Below are positions 14,256-27,700 of a stretch of DNA of 64,000 nucleotides, in pieces. Source of the stretch: Trichoplax adhaerens (Eukaryota; Animalia; Placozoa). A program made the position numbers and the translations under genes. Position 1 is the stretch's first letter, and each line of letters begins with the position of its first letter. The notes beneath the pieces were generated by a model. It was not told where the DNA came from. It did not search any database and was given only the letters and a program-made list of their open reading frames with translations. Location of the stretch: contig NW_002060967.1 of the NCBI RefSeq assembly GCF_000150275.1, forward strand, positions 434,001-498,000, written 5' to 3'.

Positions 14256-15620
14256 TGATTAGTCTGGTATCTTAAATATCGTCTTCATTACGAGATCATA
14301 GAAACTCACAAAAATCCGCAATATAGGTACCATATGAAAGGCCATTTAATCTCAAGGATCTATTGCTATTACATATATTTTTTCTGTAAACTGTTTAGAT
14401 TACTGTCATGATAAAATTTAAGCTTAGACTTAGAAATGAAATTAGTTTACATAGTTAAAAATGAACAAGTAATCATCAATTTAAAGTTATACCAATACAA
14501 AAGAATGCAAAGTAATATTTAAATGGAATGATGAATAAAGGTATTGGCTATTTTAGTAAATAGGACAAAATATGAATAATTTAAGCACTTCATCTACATA
14601 TTGAACTGACGAAATGGGTTGCGAATAAGTTACTATAGTTTATATCCTTATTAAGTGAATATGGGTAAATTAATAGCTGTACAATATTATTGCATTCTTT
14701 ATCCAGAATAAAATAAACGATAAGAAACTTTCAAAAACAGCTACAGAAACATCTATACCCAAGAATAGAGCAACGTGACCTTGCTAAAAGCAAAGCGTCG
14801 CATCAGTCAAAGTTGGTAGTTAGTTAATGATACACAAATTATTGTTTCCATAAATTTGAAAGCTGTGTTGGATTCCTTTTGTGTCATAATATACTACGAT
14901 TATCTGTAGTTCTTAAAACATTTCTGTACTGTAAACTTCTTATAATTCATGTAGCATCTAAATAAATATTTCTAAATTAAATATGCCTAATATAGGTTAC
15001 ACAATTTTACTGCTTGTAGTTGTCTCACTAGAAAATCTGATAGCACACCATAGAATAAGGCAACAGATACTGGTTATAGTACGTTAGTAATGACTAGATT
15101 CATTTGTTCAAGAGAGTGCAGATAACAGATAGGCATTACATTTGTATGTGGATAGTTTATAAGCAATAAACCTGAAAGTTAGCTATCAATTTATTATGGC
15201 TAGAACACGTTCTAATGTCGAATGTAAGTGTTTGAATCTATTCTTCTACTAATATAAAGCTTTTCAAGATGTAATAAAAGCAATGTATCTATGGGCTAGA
15301 TTTGGCGGAAAATCTACCTTAATTCAGCCAGAATAAAATTGCACATAGACTATGAAAGAAGTCAGAAATAATCTACAGTTTCATAAATATTATGTTAAAC
15401 TGAATTGCTACTCCTGTAACTAAGTTATCAAATTGCTCAGTAAGCTTGGTATGGCCGACTTATTTTTACAAATCAATAAACAGACGAATACGTTAATAGC
15501 ACGATATCGTATTTAAAGAATAATAGAATATTGAACATGTCTTTATACACGGTTGTTCAGAAACAACAACTTGCTTTGAAGATGGATATTAAATTGCTCT
15601 ACAATTCTTGAAATGAATAC

Positions 15621-18443
15621 TTAACATGGGAGACATCCACGGTTTTTAATTTTAATTTTAGCTTCAACATCTTGACCGCCCTTTACCGAAAGCTTGACTT
15701 TGGTGTACGCAGATTGTCGGTGAAACTCGCGACATAGGCAACAACTAAATATAATTCCCAATATCTACAATAAAATGAAGTGACATTATACTCGTATATA
15801 TTTTCAAATATCTTGCTTACGTATTTATGCTTAAATAGGGTAATTTATCGACTTAATACAGTAATCGCTGTAATAGCATCGTATTTATTTATAAATTATA
15901 ATATTTATCCAATGAGATGATTATTCATCTATTGGCCTATAATTCATAACAAAATATAACAGAACTGTTAAAGTACAGGTTACGCTATATTTCCATTATG
16001 TAATATTTATTCAATAACACTGAAAATTAAATTTACACCGATACAAATTGGTGCTATGAAAGTTCCAATCGTTAATTGTAAGGTAAATATACGTACTAAT
16101 TGTTACTATATATTTTTATCACCAATTGCCATGGAGTAGGCTATATGTGGAGCTAATCTGTTTCGATTGCAACATATCTATACATAATAACTAGATTTTA
16201 TATCTGAAGAATAGCCCTAATTTAATGCTAACCTGCAAAAGGGCTACAGCCAAAGAAATACCACCTATTGCTAATAAATTTCGCTTGCTATAATCAATAA
16301 ATTTTGTCAGGCATCCCTGAAAAATTAAAGAAAAGCAGTCGGATATCGTTAAGTAGGTTACCAAAGATTGGAAGTAGCCGTTTGCTCTTAAACATGGCTA
16401 AAGAACTATTTTAGTATCACAAAGCTATCAAGACTATCAAAAAAGATTCGTTAAACTTAATAAGTACTAGAAATTGACGAGATTTCAGTCTTGCAATATA
16501 AGCATATGCATTTATTATGGGATACTTACTGTATTATAGATATTAGTAATATTGCCTTGTTTGCCGCAATTTTTAGCCATACTAACACAGCATGAATCTG
16601 GAACAATCGGCTTTCCATTGGCGAAGGAACTGTTATACCAAGAAGCAATAGTAGTTGCTCCACAACAGTGAAACTGTCCATGCAAGAAAATAAAATGAAT
16701 TTGATCAAAAAACTATGTCAGTTTATAGATTAACTGATTCGGATAAAAGAGAATCTATATAGAATAATCAAATTACCTTTTGCTGAACCTCATTGACTGT
16801 TGTTATGGTTGCGTTGTGGCCGTTACCATAATCACTCATGACTTGACTTATAAATCGAGTAGCATAGTTTCGAACAGTGTCACGGTAGACATAACCAATA
16901 ATTCCAGCAGTAATTTCGATGGCAGTAATAATGGCAAGGATAATCGTGTACTAGATTAAAGATTTAATTAAAGACGAGAAAATTATTAAGATATCGCTTT
17001 GTAAGTATCTCGAACTGCAAAGACTGATTCAGATATGGATTTAAGCTTCACTAGTAGTTGATTCATATTTGATCAATATTATATTGATTGCTACCCCTAT
17101 TCATATTTTGATTTTCATAAACAAGAAATCCTCAATACTTTCAAACAAGGATCAAATGTATATTAGCCTAGTATTGAAATTTAAAATCATTTCTAGTAGT
17201 TTCTACAATCGTTTATATGATCATGTTTAGTTTACTGCGGTTTAAAATAACTTCAGATGTTAGTTAGAATAATTACCGCAATAAATGTTGGATATACATT
17301 TCAGAACAGAAGAGTATTAAATTTCAAGTGATATCGAGTAGAAAGAGGAACTTATAAGTATGATAGTTAGGTAATGTGATGTATTGGTAATTCAAAAGTT
17401 TGTAAAATAAAAAATAAAAAATAGCTGATAAGTGAAGAATTTGAATTGACAAATAATTATCTTAGCTAATCTACAGATGCTAATTTGTGCAATCACCGTA
17501 GTAAATGTTGGATATCAATTGAAGAACAGAATAGTAATAAATTTCAGGAGATATCGATTGTAAGTAGGAATTTAAAAGTATGATAGTAGGGTAATATGAT
17601 ACAATAGCATTTTAAAAGTTTGTAAATAAATAATAATAAAATGTCTGATACATGGGAAGTTAAATTGATAAGTCATAACCAAAGCTAGTCCAGTATTATT
17701 GAAAAAGTTGTACTAACTCATATAATGCCTTACCAGTAGCAGTACACATGTATTGCCTGCCCAAGCTCCACAGCATCCAAGCCCAGCGATAACAATGATT
17801 AGACAACCGGCAGCTACTGCTATAGCAATTCCTCCTTTCAATGTACTATCGCTAAAGGCTGGTAATTGGTTATACTGCAATAGTGCATAAATTCCTACTG
17901 CCATAATCGCAATACCAATTGCCTGTATACGTGGATAAAGGTAAAATCGTGTTATATATGATAAAGTCGAAAGAAAAGCGATAAATTAGGTTAATGAATA
18001 AAACTTTGTATGTGCGTTAATCCTTAGAGAGTAACACAAATTTCTATATTTTTTAATCCGATACAATATCTTCGAACGATTACATAAGTATTTTCTACTA
18101 CTAGTATTGAAAACTAGATAGTACGGGTACTTATAGTACTTCTTCATTACTAATAAAGGAAATATCACAGAGTATGTTAATTAAAAGATAATAAAATGCT
18201 ATGAAATGATAGTAGTTTGTGAAAGTAAGTTTACAGCTAAATTGATATAGACTAAAATGTGACATTTTCTTATACTGCTTGTAAAGCAAATTGTTTATAA
18301 ATATCTATAATATTAGCCTAAACTTATGCTATGACAAAAAGTCATATGTTAAAAGATGAAATGTGTTTATTTATTACCGTAAATATCAAATTTAAACACC
18401 AAAATATGATACGAATACATTGGTATCCAGAACGAAGATGCAT
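15621..18443 (-). CDS. Tetraspanin 4 (complete, 6 exons; CD63/CD151-like tail)
   Basis: Exons 18443-18378 (MHLRSGYQCIRIIFWCLNLIFT), 17922-17734 (...GLGCCGAWAGNTCVLLL), 16950-16777 (fused TM3+EC2a exon), 16673-16530 (FHCCG...VPDSCC...NCG), 16316-16233 (GCL...) and 15764-15621 (ILGIIFSCCLCREFHRQSAYTKVKLSVKGGQDVEAKIKIKNRGCLPC*). Confidence 0.95.
17230..17690. repeat. Intronic ~220-bp tandem duplication
   Basis: accg.a.taaatgttggatat...agaacaga...aaatttca.g.gatatcga...aagtatgatagt.gggtaat...aaaagtttgtaaa occurs twice. Confidence 0.8.
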
Positions 18444-19031
18444 TCTTGATTCAGTTGAAGGTTATTGGAGGATACAATAATAACTTACTATAAATGTGTT
18501 AATGTTGATTTAAGTAGCGTAGTAGAATAAAATTCGGGTTTCTATGGACTAGTTACGACTTTTATCCTTCCCGTTTTATCGACTAGGCTACAAAAGTTGA
18601 ATTGTAAATAACAAAATCGTCGACTGCCTATCGATAAACTTGGAAAGTAGGGAAGAAAATATTATAGAAAATTGTCTTAGCTAGATAGCCTGATGAAACA
18701 CATGTAGACAGCAGTGTATCGAATTTTATATTAGAAGGCAACGCAAAATATCAGCTTAATTCTATCAGCAACTTGGGCATATCAAATAGATCAACTTTGG
18801 ATTGATTGGGCTTGCTATTATCGAGAAAAAGGATAGGCATCAATCATGCTATAGACAAGTAAGTGACGTTGCTACTTTCATCAATAGTAAACTAGTCATT
18901 AGACTGACGTAAGAATTAATATCCAAATAGACAAAAAGGATAGCAGTATTGCCAGAATAAAATGAAGAAAGGGTAGCTATAATTAGGTTAGAGTAGTCAG
19001 ATTGACTAAAAAATTGCTATGGTAACCAGAT

Positions 19032-19041
19032 GCCACGTGAC
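19032..19041 (-). promoter_or_regulatory. CLEAR/E-box-like site upstream of tetraspanin 4
   Basis: GTCACGTGGC on the - strand (9/10 match to CLEAR GTCACGTGAC), ~590 bp upstream of ATG 18443. Confidence 0.3.
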
Positions 19042-19121
19042 GATGACGACACGCTACGTATTAAAGTAGGTCTAATTAACAGTTTATAGATCAGCTGGCT
19101 GCAATTATTATCGATTAGTAC

Positions 19122-19122
19122 C

Positions 19123-19153
<31 letters not shown>
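19122..19153. repeat. (TA)n microsatellite
   Basis: ctatatatatatatatatatatatatacatata. Confidence 0.9.
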
Positions 19154-19269
19154 TTCAATTTTAACTGAATTAACACTTATAATGGATTAAAATCATATTA
19201 TTGGAATGTGAATAAAAACTCTTCATGCTTAATTGAATGTCCACTGAACGCCAATTAATTAATCGACTA

Positions 19270-20012
19270 AAATTTTTATTTTCGCTGTAATAGTTACAGC
19301 TAACAAGTGAACAATGGAAGGGAATGAATTAAATAGAAAAATGGAACAGATTTGTTGATCTACGAGGCATCTATCTTCAAAGTGGAATAATTGGGCGACA
19401 ATGAAAAGTATACTATTGATCTACAGAAATTTTATTTTCGCTATTATAGCGTCGCGAAGTGACTTTCACTATCTAATGCTTATCTTATTTCGTTAGATGG
19501 CATGATTTGGTATTTATCGAAACTACCGTTATCTATAATGTTATACGTTCTTTTATAAATAAATGTATACTGTAGTCTAAAATATTAAGTAAGTACTAAT
19601 AACGAATGTTTACGAAAATTGACTATAAATTGACTAGTTTTTCAATAGAGTTTGGGTTAAGTTTTGTCTAAAGAGAGAGTTATAGTTTTCAGCAATAGTT
19701 CTACTTTTCGTCGTTTTGACAAATTTACATTTTTAACAAAAGGTCATTGCTAACAAGTGAATGATAGAAGAGAAAGGATAAAATAAATAAAATTGAACAG
19801 ATTTGTGGACTTATGAGACTTCCGAGTATGTCCTAAAAGGGGATGAATCTGACAAAAGTGAGAAGAGTACTATTAATCTGCAGAAAATTTATTTTCGAAG
19901 TAGTGGTTATTACTAACAAGTGAATGATGGAAGGGAATGGATAAAATAAATTGAAAAGATCTGTTGACCTACCAGACATAAACCTAATAGTGGATTAATC
20001 TAGCGAAAGTGA
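19270..20012. repeat. Degenerate repeat x3
   Basis: ctaacaagtgaa..atggaag.gaa.g.at.aaata...aa.agat.tgt occurs at ~19300, ~19750 and ~19913. Confidence 0.75.
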
Positions 20013-21715
20013 AAAGTGTATGAAACTGCTTCTCTTTTGAAATGAGAAATAGACATCCTACATACCCTATTAGTCTATTAGATGTAAAGTGTATAGGGAG
20101 TAATAGTCTCTAAATGTATTTCAAATCGGAAATTACTTTCTAATATATAAAATTTCTATGCAAAATATTCGAATTTAGTAAATATAGAAGCCTAAGCGAG
20201 ATCTTTTGCAGATCATTGGCGTTCTTTCCTGTCTACCAACTTGGTAAAATGATTTTAAAATGTGATACTAGATAATCTTGAAGGCCAGCCATGCTCAAAA
20301 TCATATTAAATAGTTTTTATTTTATTAAAATTGACGATATAACATCCCAGATTGAATAAAACCCATTCAACCATTTAAAATACCATTTAAAGACGATGTA
20401 TCAACTGTTGGTTGATCAATTTCATGAATTTATAGCTGTGTAAGCACATTTTGCTTTCTTGTGGTTCGCAGTTGTTATACAGGAATTTTACCCAATTCTG
20501 AATATCAATCGCAATTAGACGAATGTATAGATTAAAAAATATCGTAAGATCTGGCCGCCATTTAGATGTAATAGAGCCTTTCGATATTATATCCTCTTTA
20601 TGTTTAATAAATATAAGAAAATCAAAAGACTCTTATTGCAAGTTATCCAGCGCAGGTTGATATTTCTCATTGTTTATTTTATTTAATCTTCGAGATATTA
20701 CGAATTAAGGGCTAGCTGTTAAAGCAATTTTATATAGTTTATAAAATTAGCTAGATTTGGTCATTATAAATTATAGCGAACTTGAATTTGTAAATACCAT
20801 ATGATTGCTGCTTATTATAGTTGACGCTTTAATTTATAACATCATATGTCAATATAACCCGTTGATGAAAGTAATATCATGCTTTATGCATTAACTCCGA
20901 TATACTCCTGTTATTATTGGTTAGAAAGTTTACTCGAATCATCTAATTGCGTATTCGCTTAGTCTGCTATATCAATAAGTTAAATTCATAAAGAATAGCG
21001 CTAATAACATATACTATTTGTTAACAGGGCTAGAATCGCTGTTGCTCTGACATAAATGAAATGAAAAAAAATGATCATATTCGTTAAGTGTAGATCAAAT
21101 TAGGTAATAGGAGTAAGTTATAAAGGTGTATCGGTTTGTTACGATTTACTGGTAGTAGTAAGCTTAAGTCGTCTAAGATAAATTTAGCAGATCATTTTAC
21201 GAGCAAATGGTGTAGTATTACATAGTAGTCATGATCATAAGTATAGCAATATGGTATTATATTTAAATGAAAATTAGCTCTAGGTGTAAATAAAATGGAT
21301 ACTAGATAATCATGTTTTATATGTGTAAATCAATTATAATAGCAAATTTATTCAAAGTCTTTGCGTTAATAAATAATCTTAGAAACTCTTTTATTAGTCT
21401 ATGCGTTTATAAATGCAGCGATAAATCAATTATAGTTCTAACTTATGAAATTTTTATCACAGGTTTCACATATTATAAGTCAAGTCTTTACCATGCCAGC
21501 TATTTCAAGCATCACTTGTTAATCGTTGTTATAGATTCCATCATTTCATTTTCCTTCTAGGCTTTATGCGAATCAATCCATTTTGTGACGTAAAGACTTG
21601 AAAATTTTTAGTTCATTCAGTAAAGGAAGTCGATCGATGAAAGATTTAATGACCTCTATCAATAGATTAGCCATGATCATTTTCAATAGTTTTCTTGAAA
21701 TTGTTGTGTTTGGAG

Positions 21716-24700
21716 TTACAAAGACTTCATTTCACGGCAAGACATTTTATAGCACATGAAGGCTGCACAAATTAGGCAGAGTAACTAAAATTTAGAAATA
21801 AGAGCATACGATCAATATATTGATTTCAAAACATACAATGGATTTAACAAGCACATGGAATTAATTAAAACAGGAATATTTTAAATGTTTGTAACTGTCG
21901 ATACAAATAAATTAGGCGTTACAGCTACATGGAAATTGCTTAACATAATTTTTTATCCAACAGAGCTTGTAACAGAATTAATATTGAAATTATAAAATTA
22001 TGTACTAGATGACTGAGTTCTGAAGTATATTTGTCTCATTTATTATATTTTATTTAAGTATTCCAATTGAAATAATCTGGTATACCCTCGGGATATCCAC
22101 TAGGCGATATAGTAAATAACTCATTGGTCAAAGTTACGTACATTAATTGAAATAGATGGCGCTAATTTTTGAAATATTTAATAAACTGAGTTATCCATTA
22201 TAACTGATATACAGAATTTGATCAAGCTTTGAGCTAGTAACTGGAGTTATACTTTATAGTTGTTCTATTTATTGGTCCAAAAGCTATGTTAAGCCGGGTG
22301 AAAAGAAGGAGGTAGCTAGTTATTTTTATAGATGTTTAGAATCCAGTTACAAATGATACATGTTGCGGAGTAGATGCTATTTGAACTCCGCTGCCACTCT
22401 GACTAATAATAATATACTAAATTATAGTTTTATACAATAATTAAAGTTTCTTCGTGCTGGTTAAGAATATTCTTTAATGTTATATTTCTGCTTTAACTAG
22501 AAAATTACTAGCTTAAAATACTTATGCACAATAATTCAATCACGATTTTAGAAAAATAGAAGATCATTAAAAGTTCTATTTATCCAAAGTAACGATATCT
22601 ACTCGCTGTAACCAGATTCAGTTTCGTAAATATTTGTAGAAAAATCTGAAACTCGATAGCTGGTTCTGAATCATAACGGTGTTTTTGACTAAATTTGTTT
22701 GATATAAAATCTCTGATTCAATGAGGATTAATGGTTAACTAATATTATACACTGTCCTGTACCTGTAATGATGCTATTGCCATGGAGAAGAAAGCTATCA
22801 ATAGTAGATGGCTATCGATGACTGTTGAGTAAGTGCCTTTGCATCCCTACAATTGGCGAATATAGTTATCTAAATTATTGTTTGATGACGGTAGAAATTA
22901 AAGTAGCCAAAAATTATACAGATATCGTGTATTGCTTTTAAAATTTAAAATTTACCACAGTGTGAATAGAATTAAGATGTATATTGCATTGGTTATCAAA
23001 TTGAGATTTACAGCAACTTATTGGCACTAATGCACGTAAATTATCCACTTCCAGCATAGAATGCCACCTTGAATTTTCCCAGTCGGTATAATTATTAGAT
23101 CCACAACAGTCATACTATGGTGGAATTAATCAATGTTAATTAGAGTAGTTAAATTTAGTAGTTAAAATTGATATCTGCTGCATCGATTAAGAGTCGACGA
23201 CATAAATAATGCTCAAGTACCGTTTTCTGCATTAAATCGAATCCTTTGGTGATTTTCTTAATGTGTGGATCGTTGGATAATAGATCATAACTTTGTTTTA
23301 GTTCTACTTCCATGTTTTCTTTAATTGTTTTTTGTATCTGCATATTGTTTATGGTTAATTCGATAAGCAAGACCGACATTTAATTAAGGGTGTAAAAATG
23401 ATCCAAAAGCCTAGCTCGTATAAAACTAATATTTTAGACAATTTACAGATCAGGCTTTAAAATATTCGTTACTATAAGGAATCTGTGTTGTTCGTCAAAA
23501 GCAATTATGGTATAGTATTGAATTTGTAAAAGGAAGAATCAAATACAATCGAATTGATATCTTTAGTTTATCAACTTTACATTTAATTGTTAAAAAATCA
23601 GAGTTTTAAAAGTAAGAAAAGTTAGAGACTGATGTAAAATTATTTATTCTGTCGTAATAATCATGATATAACTGAGTTCGAATTGGATTAGCAGAACAGT
23701 TGTTTAGCAGTCATCAAATGACAGATACATAGCTAAATTGGACATAAAACCTTACCCGATTTTTGTAAACTAGGGTAATGACAGATGTTGTGATTTCAAG
23801 TGAAATAATTAAGAAAACCAAGGAAATAAACTAGATCAAGGAAAGAGTAAAACATTAACAATATGGTGTAGAGTGAGATTTGGAAACAGGATCTAGTTAC
23901 TTGTAGAAATGATTGTTATTATTGCTTTGCGAATACCAGCATTTCATATTTAAATATGCATGCAGTTGCTTGATAAATTTATAGTTAGTACAATACAGAA
24001 AAATTGAGTTTTATCGGAATACTTTCCCTTTTATATTCATACAATTTATGGTATGGTAAAAGTTACAGATTTATTTGCCGTTAGAATTGCAAAAAGAGTG
24101 ATATAGTACCTTTTCTTTCTAATTGTGTCTCAGTACTTTGATGTAAGGAAGTGTATTTTAACTCATAAATTCAAATTTAAAAATGACAACACTGTTATTG
24201 CTAATTTTAGACTATGCGATGTAAGTCAGTAGGCCAATATAAATAAATTTGAAATAGGATTCATAGATGAATTAAAATGTTTCTCGTTCTTAGTTATACA
24301 TAGATGATTATGAATAGATACTATGCAGAAATCAGAAAACAAACCTAGAGAACAAAATTGTGCCCAATAAGTGCTGAAATTAATGTATGGTAGATTCTAT
24401 CAGCGTACACTTTCTAATTACTTTCCTAATGCAATTAAGGGCATAAATAAAAGTATGATACGTCAAGCATTAGAGTATGTGCACTTACTTCACAAAGCAA
24501 TCAAGCTAAAGTTAAAGTATATCTTTTCAATGTATGCTAATTGAAAAGTCGAAGATAGTCAACCCAAATTTGTGGTTTCTTTCGTATTTAGTACGAATAT
24601 CTGAATATAATGTTGATGAATTTGATTGCTTTTAAATTTAAAATAAATTTGAGTGTAATATACTCGTATAACTGTTGTATTTTAAATTAGTATTTTAAAT

Positions 24701-27700
24701 TTAATATAAGGTATAAAATGCTTTGCAATTTGATTTATTTTTAATATGGGAATGCTATTTGATTGAAAGATTGGATAGTGGTTATTGTTTATTTATACTA
24801 TAGATCATAATAATACAATTGGTATAGCTTATAAATGTGGTCAAAATTAAAAATTCTTTGATGTCTATATCGGAATACTATGATGTTCTGATTAGATTGG
24901 ATAGTTGCCATTCGTATAGATCACTAAATTGTAGTTTGTTTAACCCGTAAACGTGAATGAATTAAAAGATCTTTTGGTATCATAATATTAATGTTTATGT
25001 ATGTATAACGATACGGCAGGCAAAAGGGCTTGCAAGCTAACGCTTTTAATGATTTTTAACAGATATGCTCAAGACTAAGCCTATTTGGAGTAAAATGATA
25101 TAATATAACTTACAACAATCGTTAAGGCTTTGCTACTTCGAACCGATGCTATACAGCCTAAGATTCCAGTAATAACAATAACAATCCCAGCTGTAATGGC
25201 TAGATGGGCGGCGGTAAAATAATTGCTAATTGATGGCATCAGATATAAGAAAAAATACTGCGAAATATACAACCATATGCCTAATCCAAGTAAAGCTCCT
25301 CCTGATCCCTGTAATCATGAGTCATTTGCTTAAAATAAGGATTATTTAAAGCTGGATTCATTAACGTAATCAGATAGATAAAACTTATTTAGACTGACTC
25401 TTAATTTAATTTAATAGTTATTGTTTTCCTGACTCGCAAGTATCTATTAAGGTATTATTAGTATTGATAATGTATTCAATTAATAATGTCAACATAGAGA
25501 CGCCGAACATTATCTCAAAGAAGTAAACTAGAATCCGATAAAAATATTAAGATAATATAAAGAATGCTGCTATCTATGTAGAATCTAGGTAATATTTAAA
25601 GTAGTATGTCGTATACTATAACTGATGGATTGTTATCATGTCGAAATTTACAAATTGTAATATTATTACGCAATTTTTTTCAAGCAAAAGTACTTTTTAA
25701 TGCGCAATTATGTTGCAAAGCAGGATATCAGGTCAGGATGCTTTTATAAATCTTTTCTAACTTTTACTACCTTTATCTTATTTATTTTAAGATACTGAAT
25801 CGCGCCGAATAAAATTTCAGCAAGTGTATCATGAACAAATTTTTAATTGATCTCCAAGTAATATTGAAACAGTATTCTGAAGATTATGCTTGTATTTTAA
25901 GTTGATCTATAAACGTTGATGTTTAAAATTAGAGTGACAAAAACTTTTATTCCATCTATCAAATATCATTAAATAGGACTACATAGTACTATAAATTATT
26001 CTAATCAGGAAGTAAAGTTGCATCTTTCCATTAGATAAGAAATATTTTAATTAATACTATAATCCCTAAATTTTACTATGATATATTATATAATGTTTAA
26101 CATTATTAGAACGTCAAGATGCTAACGATTGTTTCAAGTTTGACATTGAACTATTATCAAATTGATTCATAAGCCTTACCCAGAATATTATGTTAGCAAC
26201 AAAGAAGAAAATTTCTGCTCGTTTTCTGTTTCCCCTAGATATTATTTAAAATTGTTAGGAGTAAGCAGTAGCAATGATAAAATGCAAATGACTAGCATAT
26301 ATATAAGATATTATGATTTAAAAATGTTTTTCAGATCGATAAATAATTAATATAAACTTTTCAGGCTGAAATAAATGATAGTTTTTGTGAAATGAAGGAA
26401 ATTATTGCTAAACCATGCATAGTTAGCATGTTTTCGATTAAAGTTAACGTATCATGTACGTTTAATACTCCTAGTCCGAACTTGATGTGAATTAATAAGT
26501 TCTTTTAGCTAGAATGTTAATTACAGTAAGATTTAATAGTATATTACGAGTTCATTTACATCTACGTAGTAAATAAAATTGCAATTTATGAAGGTAATTC
26601 AAGTCTCAAAGAATTGGTAGCTAAATCCGTAAAAATGGAAATTAGTTATTGTAAATATAGCACTATAAGAAGAAATTATCATTCAGCAATTCAGTCCAGT
26701 GATATAACTTGAATAGAATATAATTGTTATTTAAGATTAAACTATGGATAGTAAAGATTACTGCGAGTGAGTTGATTGATTTGGTAATAAATTATTAATC
26801 CTTAACTGTAAAAAGATTGTGATAAGTTACACTTATTAAGATTCCACAAGAATGGTTCAATATCTTCATGAATTATTCAATACTAGTAGGTTAAGATTAC
26901 GCTAAAGCTGCTGTATATCCTATACACTGGTATGCTATTAGAAGAGAAATTGGTACATAATTTACAGACAAATTAAAAATGAGATTTTTCTACCATTTCA
27001 AATCTCAACAATTTGTATGGAGAAAAATAAAAGTAATCTCTAAGGATAAAATTAAATTCTTATATCATTTGCAAATTTAATAATAAACGCTAGTACTTCT
27101 AGTTAGTGCCAATATATTAAGATCTATTTTCTATCTAGCATTAGTGTTGCATTTTAAGTATAATAGCAAAAGTGATGTTGTAATTCAATCTATCAATGTA
27201 AACGCAACCTAAATCGAAGCATGAAAACTACTTTAACTACACTATCTCTATTAGTGGTAGAGAATTTTTTATTTTAGGAATAAACAATAACGTGTATCAA
27301 GGTATCAACATGGAAACAATTTCAAATTCGATGAAGAATATCTTTTACATTACATGAAAATGAGGATTAAGCTATCAATTTTTGTCCTCCTTACATTTTG
27401 AACAATCTTTCTATCTTAGCATGAGGATATTGGTAAAGCCGAGCAAATATGGGTGAGATATGGCCAATTGGTGATAATATTAATTCTTTAAGCTTTGATA
27501 TCTATTGTTGAATCATTACGATTATAACATGATAATAATATATTTCAAATAGATAGAACAAAACATTATCAAAACAGGAACAGCTGTTACATTATCTTGG
27601 CCATTGTTACCCATTGAGAATGCAAGGTAATCAGCTTATACTCTCATAAGCTAAACTGTTTTTTGTCTTCATGGACAAGAGTTGAATCATTAGAATTAAA

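Noticed and set aside
15301-15312. E2F-like TTTGGCGGAAAA
   Set aside because: It lies downstream of a stop codon between convergent genes with no promoter context; likely chance.
22560-22715. Candidate last exon for tetraspanin 5
   Set aside because: No frame completes TM4; exon 21784-21716 fits the family pattern far better.
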